Positions 39,139-49,701 of a stretch of DNA of 64,000 nucleotides are shown piece after piece; positions within the stretch are counted from its first letter, which is position 1; the number at the start of each line of letters is the position of its first letter. Both the position numbers and the translations under genes were made by a program. The stretch covers positions 3,584,001 through 3,648,000 of the forward strand of contig OZ242383.1 of NCBI GenBank assembly GCA_965209155.1, written 5' to 3'. The stretch comes from a bacterium (GTDB lineage Bacteria; SAR324; NAC60-12). The notes beneath the pieces are model-generated. The model was not told the origin of the DNA, did no database searches, and saw only the letters and a list, made by a program, of their open reading frames with translations.

Positions 39139-40077
39139 TCAATTCGTTTTCAGGACCGGTTTTTTCGCCGAGCCGTAGCCACCGCTTTGACCACGCAAAC
39201 GGGGGTCGAGCAAGTCTCGCATGGCGTCGCCGAAAACGTTGGCGCCATAGACCACCGCGGTCAGGCAAAGGCCGGGAAACCAGGCCAATCGCGGGTATGC
39301 TTCCATGAACATACGGCCTTCCCAACTGAGCATCCGTCCCCAGGACGGGGTTTGGGGTGGCAATCCAAAGCCGAGGAAGCTCAAGGCCGCTTCTCCCAGG
39401 ATCATGCCTCCGATGCTGGTGGTGAAGATGATGAGGATGGGGGCGGTCACATTGGGAAGAATATAGCGAAAAAGCGTTCTCCCGGTAGAACAACCGGCGG
39501 CTTTGGCGGATTCGACATAGGGTATCGCTTTGATGGCAATGACTGCGCTGCGCACCACCCGTGACTGGGTGATGCCGACATAGAGACCCATCAGCAGGAT
39601 GATCTCTAACAAACCCCTGCCAAAAATCGAGACGAAGGTGACCAGGTACAACAATCCCGGAAAGGCATACCAGGCGTCGACAAAGCGCTGGATCACCATG
39701 TCGGACTTGCCGCCAAAATATCCGGAAAGCCCTCCCACTAAAGAGGCAATCACCACCGCGACCAGGCTGCCTCCCAGGCCCACACTGAGTGAGATGCGGG
39801 CTCCGTAGATCAGGCGGCTGTAAAAATCCCGGCCATAACTGTCAGTGCCCAACAGGTATTCCGTCGAAGGCCCTTTCAGTCGTTTGACCAGCCGCTGTTT
39901 GTTGACATCGTGCGTAGCCAGTACCGGAGCCAACAGGGCCACGATGACCATGAACAGCAAAATCACCAGGCCGATCGTCCCCAAGAGTTTCTCCCGGAAC
40001 AGCCGGCTGAAAAAATCCACAACTACCGACCGGGGCTTGTTTTCAAAAGTGGCTTCAGAAGGTGTAAAATCAGTCAT
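39139..40077 (-). CDS. Peptide/nickel ABC permease (OppC/DppC-like)
   Basis: LGTD.YGRD.YSRLIYGARISL, YVESAKAAG, EAALSFLG.G, PSWG.ML. Confidence 0.93.
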   Translation of the reverse strand: MTDFTPSEATFENKPRSVVVDFFSRLFREKLLGTIGLVILLFMVIVALLAPVLATHDVNKQRLVKRLKGPSTEYLLGTDSYGRDFYSRLIYGARISLSVGLGGSLVAVVIASLVGGLSGYFGGKSDMVIQRFVDAWYAFPGLLYLVTFVSIFGRGLLEIILLMGLYVGITQSRVVRSAVIAIKAIPYVESAKAAGCSTGRTLFRYILPNVTAPILIIFTTSIGGMILGEAALSFLGFGLPPQTPSWGRMLSWEGRMFMEAYPRLAWFPGLCLTAVVYGANVFGDAMRDLLDPRLRGQSGGYGSAKKPVLKTN

Positions 40078-40142
40078 TTTATACTTTCTACCTTGTTTGC
40101 TGCTATCAGCCTTGAAAACTGACAACTGTTAACTGAATACAG

Positions 40143-41093
40143 CTACCTGTAACGTATTCGTGGATCGAGCCAGGCGTAGGTGATGTCCACCAGAAAATTC
40201 ACCAGCACCAGGAAGGTGCCCACGATCATGTTGATGCCGGACACTGCGGGATAATCCCGGGAAAAGATGGAATCGATCATCAACGTGCCCAGTCCGGGAA
40301 GGGCGAAAACGGTCTCGATGATCACCGCCCCTCCCACCATCCAGGGTATCTGGGTGCCCACCACGGTGATGACCGGGATCAAGGCGTTTTTGAGGGCATG
40401 GCGCACGACCACCACCCGTTCTCGCAAACCTTTGGCCCAGGCGGTCCGGATGTAGTCCTGCCGGAGCACCTCCAGCATCATGGTACGCATCATCCGCATC
40501 GTCATGCCGCTGATCAACAACCCCAACACCGTGCCGGGTACCAGGATCATCACCAGGTGCCCCAGCGGGTCCTCGGACCAGCGGATCATGGTCACCGAAG
40601 GAGCCCAGCCAAACCAGAGGACAGGGTAGATCATCACCAGGATGGCGATAAAGAACTCGGGGGTGGAAATGAAAAGGATGGAGATGCTGCGAGTGATATA
40701 GTCGCCGGTGGTATCCTGCCGCAAGGCGGAATAGATACCGATGGGCAACCCGAAGAGGAGGGACACCAACAAGGCGACAAAACCGAGTTCCAGGGTCGGG
40801 ATGCTGCGCGGGAATATTTTTTCAGTCACCGGCCTCTGGTTATCCAGGGAGCGCCCAAAATCGCCGTGCAGCAATATGCCGCGTATCCAGCGGATATATT
40901 GTACGTGCATCGGTACGTCCACTCCCAGCTGACGCGCAATCTCCTCCCGGTCGAACGCTGCGGTGCGATACTTGCTCAACATGATGGATACGATATCCCC
41001 AGGGAGAAAACGCACGGCAAAAAAGACGATGGTGCTGAAAAAAAAGAGGGTGGGGATGATAAGCAACAATCTCCTGATGATATATCCACGCAT
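40143..41093 (-). CDS. Peptide/nickel ABC permease (OppB/DppB-like)
   Basis: YIIRRLL, PGD, GDFGRS, DYIRTAWAKGL, HALKNALIP, DPRIRY. Confidence 0.93.
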   Translation of the reverse strand: MRGYIIRRLLLIIPTLFFFSTIVFFAVRFLPGDIVSIMLSKYRTAAFDREEIARQLGVDVPMHVQYIRWIRGILLHGDFGRSLDNQRPVTEKIFPRSIPTLELGFVALLVSLLFGLPIGIYSALRQDTTGDYITRSISILFISTPEFFIAILVMIYPVLWFGWAPSVTMIRWSEDPLGHLVMILVPGTVLGLLISGMTMRMMRTMMLEVLRQDYIRTAWAKGLRERVVVVRHALKNALIPVITVVGTQIPWMVGGAVIIETVFALPGLGTLMIDSIFSRDYPAVSGINMIVGTFLVLVNFLVDITYAWLDPRIRYR

Positions 41094-41135
41094 GGGGTTC
41101 CTCTTTTTAATCAAAAATTCTTCAATTTGAATGAG

Positions 41136-42866
41136 CTAGTATCCCATTTCCTCCTTCAGTTCCTGATCGATCCAGATGCGGGCATAGACGGGGCCTTCTC
41201 GCATCAATCCCAGCAGGATTTCACCATCAAAACCGCCAACGTAGGGATGCCATACTTGAAAATTCGCATGGGGCAGCAGCGCTGTTTGATAATGCTGCTC
41301 GGTCCAACGCCGGGTGACGGCCTTCATGGCTTTGACAAAATCCTCATGGCTCTTGGCGTTGATTGCGGCGTCCAACAAAATTTCCATGGTGGGATCTTTC
41401 AATAAGTTCCAGGTGCAACAGGCGGTTTGTCTGGGATCGAACTGGAGCGTTGCCCACAAGAGCGGGTCAATATTCACTGCGGCCCAACCGTAGTGGAGTT
41501 CATAGCCTGCACGGGTTTCGGAGATCATCGTCCAATAATCCCCCCACTCCATCTCGATGATCTCGGCCTCGATACCGATCTCGCGAAGATAGCCGGTAGC
41601 GATCTGGAGGATGTTCCAATCCTGTTCCTGCCGCGCGGCATGGACGGTGGTCTTGAATCCGTCGGGATAGCCCGCTTCGGCCAGCAGCCGCTTGGCTCCT
41701 TCCGGGTTGTACTCGTAACCTTCCCGGATATGCTTCGGCAGCTCACTCAAGGGAGTAAAAAATTCCGCAGCCGATTCTCCCAGGGCCGGGTAGATCACAG
41801 GAGGCACATACCCCTGGTAATATTCCGAGGACATCTCCTCGTAATTCATGGCCATCTGCATCGCTTTCCGGACCCTCAGGTCGGCCCAGGGATGGTTCGG
41901 GTCGTCAAACAAATACCCGACGGCCCAGGATTCCAAAACCCAGCTCCTCACTTGAATGTCCGGGTGGGTCTTCTTAAGCTGATTGAATTCCTCGATGTTG
42001 AGCGCAGCGATGTTGCCTTTGCCGATATGGTCGACCTGACCGGTGCGAATCGCGGCCATACGGGTGGCGGTCTCTTTGATGATCAACCAGCGGACCTGGT
42101 CCAGGAAGGGCAGCTGGTACTGTGGATCCAATTCATAGGTTCCCCAATAGTCCGGATTTTTCTCCCAGGTCACGGAACTGCCTTCTTGATAGTCTTTGAG
42201 CATCCAGGCCCCGGTGCCGACTTGTTCTTTCCAATCGGTCAGGTCACCATGTTCTTTCGGGAAGATTTTGTCCCCATTGGACTGCGTGAGAAAAATATTT
42301 TCGAGATGGATGCTGGGCTCATGCTTGATGACCACCGTGTAATCATCTCTGGCCTCAACCGATTTTATACCGTAGGGAGCCCATGTTTGTCCTCCCTTGG
42401 AAGCTTCCGTATAACCCGACCCTAAACCCAAGAGCCGGTGAAAGGAGTACACCACGTCTTCCGCCGTCATTTCTCTTCCATTGGTCGGGGGTCTGTTATG
42501 AAAGCGAATCCCTTTGCGCAGGTAAAACACCATGGTTTCCGGATCCTCTATTTCATAACGTTCGGCCACCCAAGTGGTCCCGCACGCCTTGGCCGCATAG
42601 TCTATCGTCCAGGGACACTCATCCCGGGGTTTGGTCCAGTCGCCAAAACCGAGTTGCTCATAGACGTAGCTGGGTTGCGGATTTAAATCAAGGTGCGGAT
42701 CCCAACTGGTGATGGTATGGCCCACCGTGGTAAACGTCCCTCCATATTGAGGGGTCTTCGTGGCCATTTTCTGGCCCAACGTGAACGTGGGGAAGATCAA
42801 CAGGATCAATCCCACGGCGATCAAACCATAAAATCGTTTGAACATGAAATTATTCAGTACAGACAT
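41136..42866 (-). CDS. ABC transporter substrate-binding protein, family 5 (copy B)
   Basis: Same length (576 aa) and collinear with copy A, with scattered substitutions. Confidence 0.93.
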   Translation of the reverse strand: MSVLNNFMFKRFYGLIAVGLILLIFPTFTLGQKMATKTPQYGGTFTTVGHTITSWDPHLDLNPQPSYVYEQLGFGDWTKPRDECPWTIDYAAKACGTTWVAERYEIEDPETMVFYLRKGIRFHNRPPTNGREMTAEDVVYSFHRLLGLGSGYTEASKGGQTWAPYGIKSVEARDDYTVVIKHEPSIHLENIFLTQSNGDKIFPKEHGDLTDWKEQVGTGAWMLKDYQEGSSVTWEKNPDYWGTYELDPQYQLPFLDQVRWLIIKETATRMAAIRTGQVDHIGKGNIAALNIEEFNQLKKTHPDIQVRSWVLESWAVGYLFDDPNHPWADLRVRKAMQMAMNYEEMSSEYYQGYVPPVIYPALGESAAEFFTPLSELPKHIREGYEYNPEGAKRLLAEAGYPDGFKTTVHAARQEQDWNILQIATGYLREIGIEAEIIEMEWGDYWTMISETRAGYELHYGWAAVNIDPLLWATLQFDPRQTACCTWNLLKDPTMEILLDAAINAKSHEDFVKAMKAVTRRWTEQHYQTALLPHANFQVWHPYVGGFDGEILLGLMREGPVYARIWIDQELKEEMGY

Positions 42867-43143
42867 AGTTTACTCCTTAAAACACAAATTATTTATACCC
42901 CTCGTCCTTCACCATGAAGAATTCGGATAACTCAGGAATTTCATATTCCCAAAAATTTCCCCTTTTTTACGGGGAACGGGTTAAATTATCTCTGCTGAAG
43001 TGGGAGGTCAAGAAAAAAGTAATCATTGGGATTGACTATTTTTTCTGAAGATTTTAAAAAATACTGAATTGGATACCTCCCATCTCCCATTTATGGAGAC
43101 GGAGGTTGCCTCACTCAAAGATTTGAACATGTTCCACGTGAAT

Positions 43144-43465
43144 CAGGGGTTAAAAACGTGTCATTCCTGGCTTGACCAGGAATCCAGGTGAAAACGGGCG
43201 AAATTTTGGATGCCGTATCATCCAGGTTTGGATCCGGGAACCAGAAAACGAGAATTGAAGTAATGGATTCCGGTTCGGAGGCCGGAAAGACAATGGAAAA
43301 ACTCAGGAGTTAAAAACGTGTCATTCCTGGCTTGACCAGGAATCCAGGGGAAACGGGCGAAATTTTGGATGCCGTATCATCCAGGTTTGGATCCGGGAAC
43401 CAGAAAACGAGAATTGAAGTAATGGATTCCGGTTCGGAGGCCGGAAAGACAATGGAAAAACTCAG
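43144..43465. repeat. 2 x 160 bp tandem REP-containing units
   Basis: TCATTCCTGGCTTGACCAGGAATCC at 43161 and 43321; unit homologous to 38650-38810. Confidence 0.9.
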
Positions 43466-43663
43466 CGACTTATATTTGGAACACAGACGAAGACTTGCTC
43501 ATCAAACGAAGAGAAGCAATCAGGAGAAGACCTGATCGTCTCTCTTTAGTAATATTTCGATGCGCATGTTCTTTGTCCTGTTGAATTGACAAAGATCAAA
43601 TCCATTGTTAAATGGGGAGTATATCCTTCAGAAAACATAAAAATTATCAATAAAGGAGAATAA

Positions 43664-44803
43664 ATGACGAAACGTATTGCTATAATCGGAGATACGCTCG
43701 ATGGTGGCTATGGTCATAACGTGGACCTGGCATTCGTTGGTGTGGAAGGTGCGGAAATCGTCGCCTTGGCCGACCCGGATGAGTCGGGACGTAAAATACA
43801 CATGGAACGTACGGGAGCAGCCAGGGGGTATGCCGATTACGCGGAGATGTTGAAAACCGAGAAACCGGATATAACGGTGATCACACCGCATGAATTGAAC
43901 AACCACCTGCCGATGGTATTGGCTGCTGCGGAAAACGGAAGCCATTCTTACGTGGAAAAACCGCTCGCTGCCACCGTAGACGCGGTTGATGAGATGATCG
44001 AGGCGTGTGAAAAAACCGGCGTTTTGCTGGTAACCGCCCTTCCCTGGAGGGGACATCCGGAGATTCAAAAAATAGCCATTCCACTAATCAAGGAAGGAAA
44101 AATCGGAGACCCGCAATGGGCACGGATTCATGGTAACTGTCCAGCCTGGGCTCCCGAGTATGGAGATTGGGATGTGTTTGGCGGGGACCAGTGGATGATC
44201 GATCTCTATCCCCATCACTTCAATTTCATGTGCCAGATTTTTGGCAAACCTCTCTGGTGCCAGTCATTCCTCACCCAGGGAGGCCGACCGGCTAACCCCA
44301 CAGACCTCACTACGGGTGCCTTTGGCGTTAAAAAAACTGCGGGGGATGGGATTTTAGCCCACTATCAATTTGAAAGCGCAATTGTTGAATTCGTCGCTTT
44401 GCTGGGCACTAACCGTGGCCTGGAACGAGGATTCTCCACCTTGTATGGCGTTGAAATCCACGGAACCGAAGGCACGCTCTATCTTCCCGGCGCGATTATT
44501 GATGGCCCCGACGTCTATTATCATCCCCATACCCACCCTGGTTTGCCCGGTGATGATCTTTGGGAAATCTTGGTGGACAATTCCCTGCCAGGTATGGAAA
44601 AATGGACCAATTCCCATCACAACATGGCCCGTTCGATGATGGACCTGATTGATGGAAAAACCCCGGAATACGAACTCTGTCTCGGACCTTCCGCACGCGT
44701 TGATACTGAAATGGCCATGGCCGCCCGTTTGTTTCACATAAAAGGCGCTCGAATCCACTTTCCACTGGAGGAAACGGGGGATCCTTTTGAAAATTGGTCA
44801 TAA
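43664..44803 (+). CDS. Gfo/Idh/MocA family oxidoreductase
   Basis: IVALAD, Y.DY.EML..EKPDI, H.YVEKP; AAGGAG RBS. Confidence 0.9.
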   Translation: MTKRIAIIGDTLDGGYGHNVDLAFVGVEGAEIVALADPDESGRKIHMERTGAARGYADYAEMLKTEKPDITVITPHELNNHLPMVLAAAENGSHSYVEKPLAATVDAVDEMIEACEKTGVLLVTALPWRGHPEIQKIAIPLIKEGKIGDPQWARIHGNCPAWAPEYGDWDVFGGDQWMIDLYPHHFNFMCQIFGKPLWCQSFLTQGGRPANPTDLTTGAFGVKKTAGDGILAHYQFESAIVEFVALLGTNRGLERGFSTLYGVEIHGTEGTLYLPGAIIDGPDVYYHPHTHPGLPGDDLWEILVDNSLPGMEKWTNSHHNMARSMMDLIDGKTPEYELCLGPSARVDTEMAMAARLFHIKGARIHFPLEETGDPFENWS

Positions 44804-44876
44804 GTCAAGGAGTTACGACTAGAATCCTTAGTTTGCCCTTGACCCCGTCAGACCCCCGACGAAATCAAACGTATCC

Positions 44877-46649
44877 ATGATTCAATCAACGACAAACCAT
44901 AAATTTTGCAGGTTGGGGGTTTGGCCTCATCGATTCAACCGGTTCCTCATTCTTGTCGGCATACCTGTTGTCCTGGCGGGATGTCTCGAGACCCAACTCG
45001 GGAGACCGCCTCTCAACGTCGCGCTGGAATCCAAACCTCTCAGGGTGGATAACCGTCCCTGCACCGGTTCATTCGTTCCTCGTTACTTGTCTCATGACAC
45101 GCTGGCAACCTCCGGCCTTTATGGCTATGTGAAAAGTATCACTCGTGGAATGTCCGGTCGAATCGGATTTTACCTGAGCAATGGGGCTGGGGTAGCGCTG
45201 GCAGACCTGGACAACGACGGTCTCATCGATATAGTCCTGCCGGGGTTGCATGCGCCGACCAGCATCTACTGGAACCTGGGAAGCATGAAATTCAAATATG
45301 AGTCGCTGGATGCGAAATTCGCACGGGCAGTCAACGCCGTCGATGTGGATGGAGATGATAGGTTGGACCTGGTATTCACTCACGTTGCCGGCTCTCCCTC
45401 CCTGTGGCGTGCCACGGCTGGAGCATCGAGACCGGTATTTACACGTGTTTCAGGTGATGAATTCCGAGGCGCTTTCTATCTTTATGCGATGGCATGGGCG
45501 GATCTGGATGACGACGGGGATCTCGATATGGTGGGGGCTTCTTACGATGTAGAACGCAGACGGCAACTCACGAGTTATAATCCGCACCTCACTGACCCCG
45601 GGACGGGAGGTGGAGTATTTCTCTTCACCAACGACGGTGGAGTCCTCACACCCATGCGCCTCTCTGAAAAAGCCACTGCCCTGGCACTGCTCCTCACGGA
45701 CCTGAATGATGACGATCAACGTGACATTTTAATCGGTAATGACTTCCAACCCGCTGATGAAATATTCTTCAACACTGCCGAAGGCTGGATCACCGCCGCG
45801 CCTTTTGCGACCACCACGACCAATACGATGAGTTTTGCGGAAGGAGACATCGATAATGATGGCATAGCGGAACTACTGGCAACCGATATGAAACCTTACC
45901 GCCTTGACGAAGCCACTGAAAATGCCTGGGCTCAAATGGCTGAAAACGAGGAATCCCTGAAACCGGAAGACGGGGTGCAAGTGGTTGCGAATGTCCTGCA
46001 AACCCTTGATCAACGGGGTTCAGGGTTTATCGACCGTGCTGAGCAAGCTGGCGTTGATGCCACCGGATGGAGCTGGTCTGCGCAATTTGGCGACTTGGAT
46101 AATGACGGTTTCCTTGATCTCTACGTCGTCAACGGCATGATTGCCCTCGAATTGTTCGATCATTTGCCAGGTGACGAGTTGGTTGAAGAAAACCAGGCTT
46201 TGCGCAACGACGGAACCGGCCGCTTCGTACCTGCCCCGCAATGGGGGTTGGGAGCCACAGAGAGCGGGAGAGGGATGAGTTTCGCGGACCTGGACAATGA
46301 TGGGGATTTGGACGTGGTGGTCAACAACCTGGCCAAACGATCGCTCATCTTTGAAAACCGTCTCTGCGGCGGTGGCGCTCTGGAAGTGAAACTGCATTGG
46401 GAAGGCTCCCCGAATCGCCGTGCGATCGGGGCGGAGCTTCGCTTAGGTACCGTGAAGGGAGTGATGCATCGTGAAATGCGAGCCAGTAGCGGTTACCTCT
46501 CCAGCGATCCAGCCCGCGTTCACTTCGGACTCGGCAAAATGACCAATGAGGATTTGCACCAGCTGGAGATTACCTGGCCGGATGGACAAGTTTCTCGAAT
46601 CCGCGGTCTTTATCCGGGTGCGCTGTATATTATAAAACGCTCAATCTGA
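44877..46649 (+). CDS. CRTAC1 / ASPIC-UnbV protein with FG-GAP-like repeats, probable lipoprotein
   Basis: Repeated D.DNDG..D motifs, N..AIGA, GYLS.....HFGLG, I.WP.G; lipobox LAGC. Confidence 0.9.
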   Translation: MIQSTTNHKFCRLGVWPHRFNRFLILVGIPVVLAGCLETQLGRPPLNVALESKPLRVDNRPCTGSFVPRYLSHDTLATSGLYGYVKSITRGMSGRIGFYLSNGAGVALADLDNDGLIDIVLPGLHAPTSIYWNLGSMKFKYESLDAKFARAVNAVDVDGDDRLDLVFTHVAGSPSLWRATAGASRPVFTRVSGDEFRGAFYLYAMAWADLDDDGDLDMVGASYDVERRRQLTSYNPHLTDPGTGGGVFLFTNDGGVLTPMRLSEKATALALLLTDLNDDDQRDILIGNDFQPADEIFFNTAEGWITAAPFATTTTNTMSFAEGDIDNDGIAELLATDMKPYRLDEATENAWAQMAENEESLKPEDGVQVVANVLQTLDQRGSGFIDRAEQAGVDATGWSWSAQFGDLDNDGFLDLYVVNGMIALELFDHLPGDELVEENQALRNDGTGRFVPAPQWGLGATESGRGMSFADLDNDGDLDVVVNNLAKRSLIFENRLCGGGALEVKLHWEGSPNRRAIGAELRLGTVKGVMHREMRASSGYLSSDPARVHFGLGKMTNEDLHQLEITWPDGQVSRIRGLYPGALYIIKRSI

Positions 46650-46689
46650 CCCCTTTTAAGAGTTTCCTCCTAATTATTCAGGGTTCTCC

Positions 46690-47331
46690 ATGATCAAGGC
46701 TATTTTCTGGGATTTTGGTGGGGTATTGACCACCAGTCCCTTCGTCGCTTTCAACCGCTACGAAGCCCAACACGGTATTCCCCTGGATACCATTCGTATG
46801 ATCAATGCCAGCAATCCGGACCAGAATGCATGGGCCCGTTTTGAACGGAATGAAATCGACCTGGATGCGTTTGACCGGGACTTTGCCACGGAAGCCCAAT
46901 TGTTCGGATATACTATTCCCGGACGTGATGTTTATGCATTGCTGTTTGGTGAGTTGGTTCCTGAAATGGTAAAAGCGCTGCAATATTGGAGAAAGTATTT
47001 CAAAACAGCATGTCTGACCAACAACATGCGAACCGGGAATGGAAATGCCATGCAATGTTCAATGCGAGAAACTGAAAAATTCAACCAGGTGATGACAAAT
47101 TTTGATTTTGTCATCGAATCCAGCAAAATTGGTTTCCGTAAACCCGATCCGAAATTTTATCAAATCGCCTGCCAACAAGTAGAAGTGGCTCCCCACGAAG
47201 TGGTTTTCCTGGACGATTTGGGAATCAATCTCAAGCCCGCACGGGCAATGGGAATGAAAACCATCAAAGTTTTGAATCCCCGGCAAGCATTGCGGGAACT
47301 TCAATCCATCCTCGACCCTTCTCCGGGTTAA
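46690..47331 (+). CDS. HAD-IA family hydrolase
   Basis: WDFGGV, CLTNN, RKPDP, FLDDLGINLKPA...GM. Confidence 0.9.
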   Translation: MIKAIFWDFGGVLTTSPFVAFNRYEAQHGIPLDTIRMINASNPDQNAWARFERNEIDLDAFDRDFATEAQLFGYTIPGRDVYALLFGELVPEMVKALQYWRKYFKTACLTNNMRTGNGNAMQCSMRETEKFNQVMTNFDFVIESSKIGFRKPDPKFYQIACQQVEVAPHEVVFLDDLGINLKPARAMGMKTIKVLNPRQALRELQSILDPSPG

Positions 47332-47537
47332 AACCCCTGAATTTTTTATATCTCGACCGCTTCGGAAACCAGAAGCGACTTGGCCTTGCGCTATCCGCAG
47401 GTACGGGTTGTGGATCTCAAACTACGCATACGCGTGTTAGAAGATAAGGGTTGATCATTGCTTGAAATTGCTTTAAAACCTTGGGCATCCACCTTTATAC
47501 AGCAGTGGATCCGACAATCATAAATCGAAGGGAAAAC

Positions 47538-48722
47538 ATGGGAGGAATTCTGGAGGGAATCCGGGTATTGGATTTCGGGCGCTATATCGCCGGCCCGTTT
47601 TGCGCAACCCTGTTGGGAGATTTTGGCGCGCAAGTGATTCGCATTGAAAAAGTGAGGGGCAGTGAAGATCGTTATGTTTCTCCAATCAACGACAGCGGAG
47701 AAGGATCGTTATTCATGCAGATGGGGCGTAACAAACTGGGAATGACCCTCAATCCCATGAAAGTGGAAGGTCGTGAAATCGTAAAAAAACTGGTGAGTAC
47801 GGCCGATGTTGTGGTCGCCAATCTCCCCTATGATTCCCTGGTCGCTATGGGACTCGATTACGACAGTTTGAAGGCCAGCAAAGCGGACATCATCTTAACG
47901 ACGGTCTCCGCGTTTGGCTCTGCCGGTCCCTATAGCAACCGGGTCGGATTCGACGGATTGGGACAGGCGATGTCCGGTCAAATGCACCTGACCGGCCCTG
48001 CCGATCATCCAGTTAAATCATTTGTTCCATACGTCGATTATGGCACCGCTTCCCTTTGCGCATTTGGAACGTTGGCCGCATTAATGGAACGGCAAAAAAC
48101 CGGGAAAGGACAGGTCGTAGAAGGCGCGCTACTCAACACAGCCCTCACTTTCAACAACAGCATGATCATCGAACAAAGCGTTATCCAGGCAAACCGGGTT
48201 GGCACGTTGAACCGGTCGCAGAATTCAGCGCCTGCGGATACTTATAAAACCAAAGATGGCTGGGTGCTCATCCATACTTTAGGACAACCCCTGTTTGAGC
48301 GCTGGGTTCGGTTAATGGGTGAGGATCATTGGTTGGATGATCCACGCATGCAAGATGACCAATCACGGGGTGATCATGGCGAAGTGATCAGCGAACGATT
48401 AGCTGCCTGGTGCGCGGAAAGAAGCACTGAAGACGTCCTTCGTATATTCGAGGAAGCCCGTTTGCCGGCCGGTCCCGTACTCACACCCCAGCAAGTGCTC
48501 GAAGACCCTCATGTCCTTGCCTGCAATCTATTCAAGGATACGGACTATCCCGGACTGCCAGGCGCGGCTCCGGTGATGGACACCCCCGTCCGCCTTTCAA
48601 AATCTCCCGGATCCATACGCAGACGTTCACCGACTCTCGGGGAGCATACGGATCTCCTGCTCGCTGAACTGGGTTATTCGCAAGCGGAAATCAATGAATT
48701 GCACCAGAAAAGAGTGGTGTGA
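47538..48722 (+). CDS. CaiB/BaiF family III CoA-transferase
   Basis: LEGIRVLD, AGP, LGDFGA.VIRIE, RNK, P.LGEHT. Confidence 0.93.
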   Translation: MGGILEGIRVLDFGRYIAGPFCATLLGDFGAQVIRIEKVRGSEDRYVSPINDSGEGSLFMQMGRNKLGMTLNPMKVEGREIVKKLVSTADVVVANLPYDSLVAMGLDYDSLKASKADIILTTVSAFGSAGPYSNRVGFDGLGQAMSGQMHLTGPADHPVKSFVPYVDYGTASLCAFGTLAALMERQKTGKGQVVEGALLNTALTFNNSMIIEQSVIQANRVGTLNRSQNSAPADTYKTKDGWVLIHTLGQPLFERWVRLMGEDHWLDDPRMQDDQSRGDHGEVISERLAAWCAERSTEDVLRIFEEARLPAGPVLTPQQVLEDPHVLACNLFKDTDYPGLPGAAPVMDTPVRLSKSPGSIRRRSPTLGEHTDLLLAELGYSQAEINELHQKRVV

Positions 48723-48749
48723 GGCAGGATCACATCTCAGGAGACCTCG

Positions 48750-49580
48750 ATGAAATTCACTGGCTCGGAAAAGTACTATCTCAATCCTGATTTGGGAATG
48801 ATCGTCAATATGGCGGTGCAAATGGAAAAGCCCTTGTTGTTGACCGGGGAGCCTGGTACCGGAAAAACCCAGCTTGCCTTTGAAGTCAGTCAATCGCTGA
48901 ACATGCCGATCGAAGTACTGCGAGCCAAGTCAACGATCAAAGGAGAAGAAGTTTGCTACACTCAAGACACCGTATTGCGTTTGAATGATGCCCGCTTTGG
49001 TGCGGGTGAGAGCAGGCGCAACGTCAACGAATTCTATGACTATGTCATCTGGGGACCCATCGGGCGAGCCTTTCGCAGTGAAGTCCGGGTGGTTCTGCTG
49101 CTCGATGAAATCGATAAGACAGAATCCGACGTGCAGGACAATCTCCTGGACGTCCTGGAGGATTGCGAGTTCACTATTCGCGAAGTCAACCATGCCATTA
49201 AAACCAACATCCGACCGGTGATCGTTATCACTTCCAATGCCAAACGGGAATTGTCGGATCCCTTTCTGCGACGCTGTTTTTGTCATCACATCGCATTCCC
49301 CAAGCCGGAAGAGATGGAGAAAATCGTCAGGCTCCATTTCCCGGACGTCCTGCAAGGCTTGCTGGAATCGGCATTGAAAATTTTTTACGAATTGCGCGAA
49401 CGAGGTTATGAAAAGCCACCGGCAACCGGAGAACTGTTGAACTGGATCGAAGCCTTGCGGATTTCCGGAGAAATTCCTCTGGATAGCGATAACGTTCCAT
49501 ACCTGGGAACGTTGCTCAAACGCACCAACGATATTCTGGGTTACCGCAATGCTGGAAAATTCCGCCAAAAACGTTGGTAA
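48750..49580 (+). CDS. MoxR-family AAA+ ATPase (CoxD-like)
   Basis: GEPGTGKT, LLDEIDK, ITSN...L.DPFLRRC. Confidence 0.9.
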   Translation: MKFTGSEKYYLNPDLGMIVNMAVQMEKPLLLTGEPGTGKTQLAFEVSQSLNMPIEVLRAKSTIKGEEVCYTQDTVLRLNDARFGAGESRRNVNEFYDYVIWGPIGRAFRSEVRVVLLLDEIDKTESDVQDNLLDVLEDCEFTIREVNHAIKTNIRPVIVITSNAKRELSDPFLRRCFCHHIAFPKPEEMEKIVRLHFPDVLQGLLESALKIFYELRERGYEKPPATGELLNWIEALRISGEIPLDSDNVPYLGTLLKRTNDILGYRNAGKFRQKRW

Positions 49581-49611
49581 TCCCATATAGTGAATCAGGA
49601 GGTAAAAAACA

Positions 49612-49686
49612 TGTCATTCCTGGCTTGACCAGGAATCCAGGGGATAGGGCGATATTTTGGATGCCGGATCAGGTCCGGCATGACAC
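49612..49686. repeat. REP-like palindrome pair
   Basis: GTCATTCCTGGCTTGACCAGGAATCC followed by GGATGCCGGATCAGGTCCGGCATGAC. Confidence 0.85.
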
Positions 49687-49701
49687 ATCATAATTAAAAA
49701 A

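Noticed and set aside
40398..42425. Long antisense ORFs (335 and 332 aa), and similar ones opposite the helicase and ATPase genes
   Set aside because: Shadow frames of GC-rich genes with strong family matches on the opposite strand
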